DNA of 64,000 nucleotides. Source: Thermodesulfobacteriota bacterium. GTDB lineage: Bacteria > Desulfobacterota_D > UBA1144 > Nemesobacterales > Mycalebacteriaceae. The notes under the pieces were generated by a model that saw nothing but the letters and a program-made list of their open reading frames with translations, made no database searches and was not told the origin of the DNA. The stretch covers positions 224,001 through 288,000 of the forward strand of contig CBDAQI010000001.1 in assembly GCA_965198945.1 (NCBI GenBank). The letters run 5' to 3'. Below are positions 58,527 through 64,000 of the stretch, piece by piece. The stretch's first letter is position 1. The number at the start of each line of letters is the position of its first letter. A program made the position numbers and the translations under genes.

Positions 58527-61283
58527 TTGAGCTTCATTACGATAAAAGGCGCGAGAAGTCACAACCTGAAAAATATAAGTGTGCGGATACCGCGCGGCAA
58601 ACTCGTTACAATTACGGGCGTCAGCGGTTCCGGCAAGTCATCTCTTGCTTTTGACACCCTGTTCGCCGAAGGACAGCGGAGATTTATGCAGTCTCTGTCC
58701 GCATATGCGAGACAGTTCGTGGAACAGCTTGAAAAGCCCGATGTGGACTTTATGGACGGGCTTTCGCCGTCAATCTCTCTCAGCCAGAGAACCTTTCACC
58801 GCAACCCGCGCTCAACCGTGGGAACAATAACGGAAATCTACGATTTTATGAGGCTGCTTTTTGCGCGGGCGGCCGTGCCTTTTTGCCACAGTTGCGGTGA
58901 AGAGATAAGTCCGCAGAGTGTGGAGGCGATGGCAAAGCGCGCCATGGAAAAGGCCGGCGGAGAGGAAATAACCGTAATAGCGCCGATTGTCAGAGGGAGA
59001 AAAGGCGTCTACCGGAAAGAGATTGAAGACCTGAAAATGGAAGGGTTTGTGCGCGCCTTCATAGACGGAAAGGAAAGAGACCTTGACGATGAAATTGTTC
59101 TGGACAGGAATAAAACTCACGACATTGAGGTTGTTGTGGATGTTGTCGTCGCAACACCGGGGGCGGCAAAAAGACTTGAGGATTCTCTCGGTCTCGCTCT
59201 GAAAAAATCCGGGGTAAACGCCGTCTGTCTTGTAAAAGGTGAAAAATTGAACTTCAGCGCAACCTTTTCCTGCCCTTCATGTGGCGCGTCCTACGGGGAA
59301 ATATCTCCCAGAATCTTCTCTTTCAACAGCCCGTATGGAATGTGCGGCGGGTGCTCGGGGCTGGGAACAAAAACCGATTTTGCCCCCGAACTGATAGTGG
59401 ACTATTCACTTTCAGTGGAAGAGGGGGCGATACTTCCTTGGAAAAACTCTCCCTATCACAAGCGGAAACTGGAAGATATTGCGGAGAATTACGGCTTCAG
59501 CACAAAAGCGCCGTTCGGGAAACTTCCGGCAAAAGTCAGACGCACTGTTCTTTACGGAGAGCGAAGCGGCGAATTCACGGGTGTCATCGGAGCTTTGTCG
59601 CAGTGGCGGAGTGAAACCTCTTCGGCGGAGGTTCAAACGGGGCTTGAAGCCTATATGAAAACCTCAACCTGCGCGTCTTGCGGAGGAGCGAGAATAAGGC
59701 GGCAAAGTCTCTCGGTTCTTCTGGACAGCAAAAACATATACGACATTTCACAACTTGATGCGGACGGCGCGATGAGTTTTTTTGAAAAACTCAAGCTCGG
59801 AAACTACGAAAATGAAATAGTGGGTGGGGTTGTGGAGGAAATTAAATCAAGAATCGGGTTTCTCAAAAACGTAGGGCTCGGCTACATGTCTCTTGACCGT
59901 TCCGCCGCCACGCTTTCGGGAGGCGAAGCGCAGAGAATCCAACTGGCAACCCAGTTGGGCTCAAAAATGACCGGTGTTACATATGTGCTTGACGAGCCGT
60001 CAATAGGTCTTCATCCCTCAGACAATGACAAACTGATAAGCACACTTAAATCAATCAGGGATGACGGCAACACGGTTGTGGTTGTGGAGCATGACGAGGA
60101 TATGATACGGAACAGCGATTTTATTCTTGATCTGGGGCCATATGCGGGGCGGTTCGGCGGAGAAATTACGGGATGCGGAACGGTGAGGGATTTGACTTCA
60201 TGCAAAAACTCGCTCACGGGCAGATACCTTTCGGGGCTTGAGTCAATAGAGGTTCCGCGCTCAAGAAGAAAAGCGGAGAAATTCATAGAGCTTAAAGGTG
60301 TGAAAAAGCGAAACCTCGCAAACTTGGACGTTTCGTTCCCGGTCGGGGGGTTGACCTGCATTACCGGAGTCTCGGGATCGGGCAAAAGCACCCTCCTGCA
60401 TGAAACGCTGTGCCCCGCCATTGAAGCCGCATGGCGCGGGAAGGGTGTGATTGAAGGGTTAAAATCAATCAGGGGAACGGGGCATCTGGATAAGATCGTC
60501 AAAATAGACCAGACGCCCATAGGAAGAACCCCGAGGTCAAACCCGGCAACCTACACGGGGATTTTATCACCCATACGGGAACTTTTCGCCATGACACCGG
60601 AATCAAAACTGCGGGGCTACGGAGCGGGGCGATTCAGTTTCAATGTGAGAGAGGGTAGCTGCGGCCTGTGCGGAGGGAAGGGAAGCGTAAAAGTGGAAAT
60701 GCATTTCCTGCCAGATGTGTATACAACATGCGAGCAGTGCGGAGGAAAACGTTACGGCAGTGAGACCCTTGAAATAAAATACAGAGACAAAAACATTTCG
60801 GACATCCTTCAAATGACCGTTTCGGAAGCGGCGGATTTTTTCCCGAACATTCCGCAAATAAGCCGCAAACTGAACATTCTTGAACAGGTCGGTCTTGGAT
60901 ATATACGGCTCGGACAGGAAGCCAATACTCTTTCGGGAGGAGAGGCTCAGAGGATTAAAATCGCCAGAGAACTCTCTCACAAAGACACCGGTAAAACCCT
61001 TTACATACTTGATGAGCCGTCTATCGGGCTCCATTTCAATGATGTGAAAAAACTGCTCGCCGCGATTGAAAAACTGATTCAAAAAGGCAACACCGTGATG
61101 GTGATAGAGCACAATCTGGACATAATAAAGAGTGCTGACCGCATAATAGATTTGGGACCCGGCGGAGGACGGAACGGAGGAAAAATAGTCGCCGCCGGCA
61201 GCCCCGAACAACTTGCCCGGAAGAAAAAATCTTTGACAGGGGAATATCTTAAAAAAATACTGAAGAAAAAAGGGAGAGGGTGA
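58527..61283 (+). CDS. uvrA: Excinuclease ABC subunit A
   Basis: Two GVSGSGKS and two LSGGEAQR motifs, Zn fingers, RSNPATY. Confidence 0.98.
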   Translation: MSFITIKGARSHNLKNISVRIPRGKLVTITGVSGSGKSSLAFDTLFAEGQRRFMQSLSAYARQFVEQLEKPDVDFMDGLSPSISLSQRTFHRNPRSTVGTITEIYDFMRLLFARAAVPFCHSCGEEISPQSVEAMAKRAMEKAGGEEITVIAPIVRGRKGVYRKEIEDLKMEGFVRAFIDGKERDLDDEIVLDRNKTHDIEVVVDVVVATPGAAKRLEDSLGLALKKSGVNAVCLVKGEKLNFSATFSCPSCGASYGEISPRIFSFNSPYGMCGGCSGLGTKTDFAPELIVDYSLSVEEGAILPWKNSPYHKRKLEDIAENYGFSTKAPFGKLPAKVRRTVLYGERSGEFTGVIGALSQWRSETSSAEVQTGLEAYMKTSTCASCGGARIRRQSLSVLLDSKNIYDISQLDADGAMSFFEKLKLGNYENEIVGGVVEEIKSRIGFLKNVGLGYMSLDRSAATLSGGEAQRIQLATQLGSKMTGVTYVLDEPSIGLHPSDNDKLISTLKSIRDDGNTVVVVEHDEDMIRNSDFILDLGPYAGRFGGEITGCGTVRDLTSCKNSLTGRYLSGLESIEVPRSRRKAEKFIELKGVKKRNLANLDVSFPVGGLTCITGVSGSGKSTLLHETLCPAIEAAWRGKGVIEGLKSIRGTGHLDKIVKIDQTPIGRTPRSNPATYTGILSPIRELFAMTPESKLRGYGAGRFSFNVREGSCGLCGGKGSVKVEMHFLPDVYTTCEQCGGKRYGSETLEIKYRDKNISDILQMTVSEAADFFPNIPQISRKLNILEQVGLGYIRLGQEANTLSGGEAQRIKIARELSHKDTGKTLYILDEPSIGLHFNDVKKLLAAIEKLIQKGNTVMVIEHNLDIIKSADRIIDLGPGGGRNGGKIVAAGSPEQLARKKKSLTGEYLKKILKKKGRG

Positions 61284-62111
61284 TTGGAAAAATTTGAGAC
61301 GGCGGTTCTTGGGGTTGTGCAGGGAATAACGGAGTTTCTTCCGATAAGCAGCACCGCCCACCTGATGATTTTCTCCTGGCTGCTGTCATGGCGGGATGCG
61401 GGGCTTGACCTCGCAGTCTGGCTTCATTCCGGAACACTGCTCGCCATTATCGTCTACTTCAGAAAAGACTGGGCCGCCATAGCAGCCGCTCTATATCGCT
61501 CTTGTCTGAGCGGCTCTTTTGAAGACTCCGGGGCAAAAATGGGCGCGGGACTTGTAATTACGACTCTGCCGGTAATCGTCTTCGGGGTCTTTTTTGAAAA
61601 TGTGGTCGCGGTCGCGCTCAGGCACCCGCTCGCAGTCGGCTGGGGACTGCTTGCCGGAAGCGCGGTGCTTTTTATCGCTGACAGAAAGTCCGGAAAAACA
61701 AAACACCTGAGCGAGCTTTCTCTCAAAGACTGTCTGCTGTTCGGGGTTGCACAGTCATTTGCACTTGTGCCGGGAGTGTCAAGGTCGGGAATCTCAATAG
61801 CCGGCGGAATGTTTCTGGGATATACGAGGGAGGACTCGGCAAAATTCGCCTTTATGATGGGTATGCCGGCCATTGTTGCGGCCATTGCGCACACGGTGTG
61901 GAAAAACGGAATGCAGTTTCATTACGACGGAGATAATATTACGGGAATTTTGACGGCCGCCGCAACGGGGTTTCTGGCCATCAGATTTCTTTTGAATTTC
62001 GCCAGAAAAAAAAGCTACACGCCCTTTGTAATATACAGAATCGCCATCGCAGCCCTGTTGTTTTTTATGTTTTTCAGCGGCGGCGGTTCCTCTCGTTTTG
62101 AGCTTCCATGA
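61284..62111 (+). CDS. uppP: Undecaprenyl-diphosphate phosphatase
   Basis: QGITEFLPISSTAH, PGVSRSG. Confidence 0.95.
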   Translation: MEKFETAVLGVVQGITEFLPISSTAHLMIFSWLLSWRDAGLDLAVWLHSGTLLAIIVYFRKDWAAIAAALYRSCLSGSFEDSGAKMGAGLVITTLPVIVFGVFFENVVAVALRHPLAVGWGLLAGSAVLFIADRKSGKTKHLSELSLKDCLLFGVAQSFALVPGVSRSGISIAGGMFLGYTREDSAKFAFMMGMPAIVAAIAHTVWKNGMQFHYDGDNITGILTAAATGFLAIRFLLNFARKKSYTPFVIYRIAIAALLFFMFFSGGGSSRFELP

Positions 62112-62466
62112 GAGCGCCTTTCAGGGTGTCCAGAGCAAGTGTTGAACATCTGGGGCGACGCACGACAATTTCTTTGCCTAAAATCTCAATCATATTCTCC
62201 CTCTTCATTAAAGATATTTCTTCGGGCTTTTTCCCGGCAATTTTCTCATAAAGAAGGGAGGCGGAAGCCTGACTGACCATGCACCCTTCACCCTCAAAAC
62301 TGACGCTCCCAACCGTGTCGCCGTCCATTTTGACATAAACGGTTATAGTGTCACCACAACCCGAATTGCCGCCGCTGCGGACAAAGTCCGCCTCACGCAT
62401 GGGGCCGGAGTTTCTCGGTTTTTCGTAATGATCCATGAGCATATCCATTAGTTCGTGGTGGATCAT
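62074..62466 (-). CDS. SufU/IscU-type Fe-S scaffold or sulfur-transfer protein
   Basis: DHY..PRN, GCGD, GC.VSQAS, RPRC. Confidence 0.9.
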   Translation of the reverse strand: MIHHELMDMLMDHYEKPRNSGPMREADFVRSGGNSGCGDTITVYVKMDGDTVGSVSFEGEGCMVSQASASLLYEKIAGKKPEEISLMKRENMIEILGKEIVVRRPRCSTLALDTLKGALMEAQNERNRRR

Positions 62467-62469
62467 TTA

Positions 62470-62889
62470 TCAGTTCCGGGCTTTTTCCCCGACCTCTTTC
62501 TTTATTCTCGCATATACGGCTCCGAGCCCATACATGCGTCTTGTTCCGAGTTTTGTGTCAAGGCCGAGCCGGTTCAGGATATCCACCGGAGCGCCGATGA
62601 CCTCCTCAGGTGATACGCCCGTGAAAGCGTCAACAAGAATTGACACAAAACCGCGAACCGTGGGAGACTCTTCCGGAACGTGCGCGTATATTTCAACCTT
62701 GCCCCCGTTGACTTCAACCCACAAAAAAACCGGCGTTTCGCATTCGGGAACCTTGTTGCCGGGATTCTCAAGAAGAGGAAGGTATTTCCCCGGAAGCGGC
62801 GGAAGGCTGTCTGAATAGTCTACTAAAATATCAAGCGTGGTTTGAAAATCGGAATTTCTGAACTGTTCAACAATATCAGTAAGTCCCAT
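62470..62889 (-). CDS. SufE family protein
   Basis: VPECETPVF, ESPTVRGF, R..GL. Confidence 0.9.
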   Translation of the reverse strand: MGLTDIVEQFRNSDFQTTLDILVDYSDSLPPLPGKYLPLLENPGNKVPECETPVFLWVEVNGGKVEIYAHVPEESPTVRGFVSILVDAFTGVSPEEVIGAPVDILNRLGLDTKLGTRRMYGLGAVYARIKKEVGEKARN

Positions 62890-62890
62890 T

Positions 62891-63733
62891 TCACCTCTCT
62901 ACCGGAGCCCGCACGAGGTTGCCCCATTCCGTCCACGAACCGTCATAGTTTCTAACGTTTTCGTAACCCAGAAGGTAAGTGAGAACAAACCATGTGTGCG
63001 AAGACCTTTCTCCTATTCTGCAATAGACCACAAGGTCATCATCGGAACTCAGATTCTGTTCGTTCTGGTATATTTCGGCAAGCTCTTCGGCAGACTTGAA
63101 AGTGCCGTTTTCGTTTGCCGCGCGCGCCCAGGGAACATTGCTTGCTCCGGGAATGTGCCCGCCCCTGAGACAACCTTCCTGAGGGTAAGCCTCCATATGA
63201 AGAAGCTCACCGCTAAACTCCTTCGGAGAGCGGACGTCCACCAGCGCTCCGCCCGAAGACATATGCTCAAAAACTTCATCACGGAAAGCCCTTATGGACT
63301 CATCAATTTTTCCGACTTTGTATTGAGTTTTCGGGAGTTCGGGAACTTCTCTTGTCAACTCCCTTTTTTCATCCACCCATTTCTTTCTTCCGCCGTTCAT
63401 TATAAGGCAGTTCTTATGTCCCATAACTTTGAAAGTCCAGAATGCGTAGCATGCCCACCAGTTGCTTTTGTCTCCGTAGAAAACCACTTTTGAATCGTTT
63501 GATATGCCTTTTTCAGACATAAGTTTTTCAAAATTTTCGGCCGCAAGATAGTCTCTGACTACCTGATCCTGCAGTTCGGTCTGCCAGTCAAGTTTAATTG
63601 CGCCGGGAATATGGCCGATTTCATAGAGCAGAACATCCTCGTCAGACTCAATAACCACAATGCCGTCATCGTCTTTGTGGTCTTCAACCCACTGCGTGGA
63701 AACAAGAACTTCGGGATTTTTGTATTCAGCCAT
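62891..63733 (-). CDS. Thiosulfate sulfurtransferase (SseA/CysA-type rhodanese)
   Basis: GHIPGA twice, [18 protein letters not shown]. Confidence 0.95.
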   Translation of the reverse strand: MAEYKNPEVLVSTQWVEDHKDDDGIVVIESDEDVLLYEIGHIPGAIKLDWQTELQDQVVRDYLAAENFEKLMSEKGISNDSKVVFYGDKSNWWACYAFWTFKVMGHKNCLIMNGGRKKWVDEKRELTREVPELPKTQYKVGKIDESIRAFRDEVFEHMSSGGALVDVRSPKEFSGELLHMEAYPQEGCLRGGHIPGASNVPWARAANENGTFKSAEELAEIYQNEQNLSSDDDLVVYCRIGERSSHTWFVLTYLLGYENVRNYDGSWTEWGNLVRAPVER

Positions 63734-63863
63734 TATTACTCCTTAATGGATTTTTCTGCGCTGCCGCCCGCGGCGACGGCGGACTGTGAATAATAACACA
63801 CTGCGACCGCAATTCAATTGCCCAAACGGGCGCAATATAATAGAATTATCCTCGGAAGAGACA

Positions 63864-64000
63864 ATGGTGAAAGGAAAAGGCCTGGGACAAATTCCCGTCA
63901 GCGAAATGATAAAAAACCGTGAGGTTTTCTACTCCGTAAGTGCGGACGACACGGCAAGAGGAGCCGCGGAGACACTGAGGCGGCTGAAAATCCGTGCGAC
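63864..64000 (+). CDS. Probable CBS-domain protein, 3'-truncated by window edge
   Basis: MVKGKGLGQIPVSEMIKNREVFYSVSADDTARGAAETLRRLKIRA. Confidence 0.55.
   Translation, partial: MVKGKGLGQIPVSEMIKNREVFYSVSADDTARGAAETLRRLKIRA

Overview
Bacterial chromosomal window of moderate GC. Gene content and style would fit a Desulfobacterota-related lineage such as Ca. Dadabacteria, but that is inference only. The backbone is housekeeping: gltP, mscS, argH, rsfS-nadD-ribD-ftsY, hisG-murA-prmC, yggS-proC-yggT-yggU, npdG, prs-rplY-pth-hppA, rpsF-rpsR-rplI-thi4, bioB-bioA-ppk2-Nudix-bioF, mnmG, htpX, uvrA, uppP and sseA-sufE-sufU. Four AT-richer accessory patches interrupt it. (1) About 16.2-17.6 kb: an amber-interrupted DUF3800 gene with a structured 3' RNA, plus small gene remnants. 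(2) About 29.4-32.0 kb: a DEDDh-BRCT exonuclease and an amber-interrupted Fic gene bracketed by a 23-bp duplication of the 3' end of the badI/menB-like gene. (3) About 40.1-40.7 kb: CGTC-type REP palindromes enclosing two decayed GIY-YIG gene starts. (4) About 47-57.6 kb: a defence island with an AAA ATPase and a type I R-M system in which all three subunits carry lesions, and which embeds a NYN nuclease preceded by its own promoter-hairpin-terminator RNA, and a Fic protein. The best candidates for an undescribed system are the NYN nuclease plus upstream RNA module and the DUF3800 plus downstream RNA module, both possible RNA-antitoxin systems. No rRNA, tRNA, CRISPR array or integrase was found.
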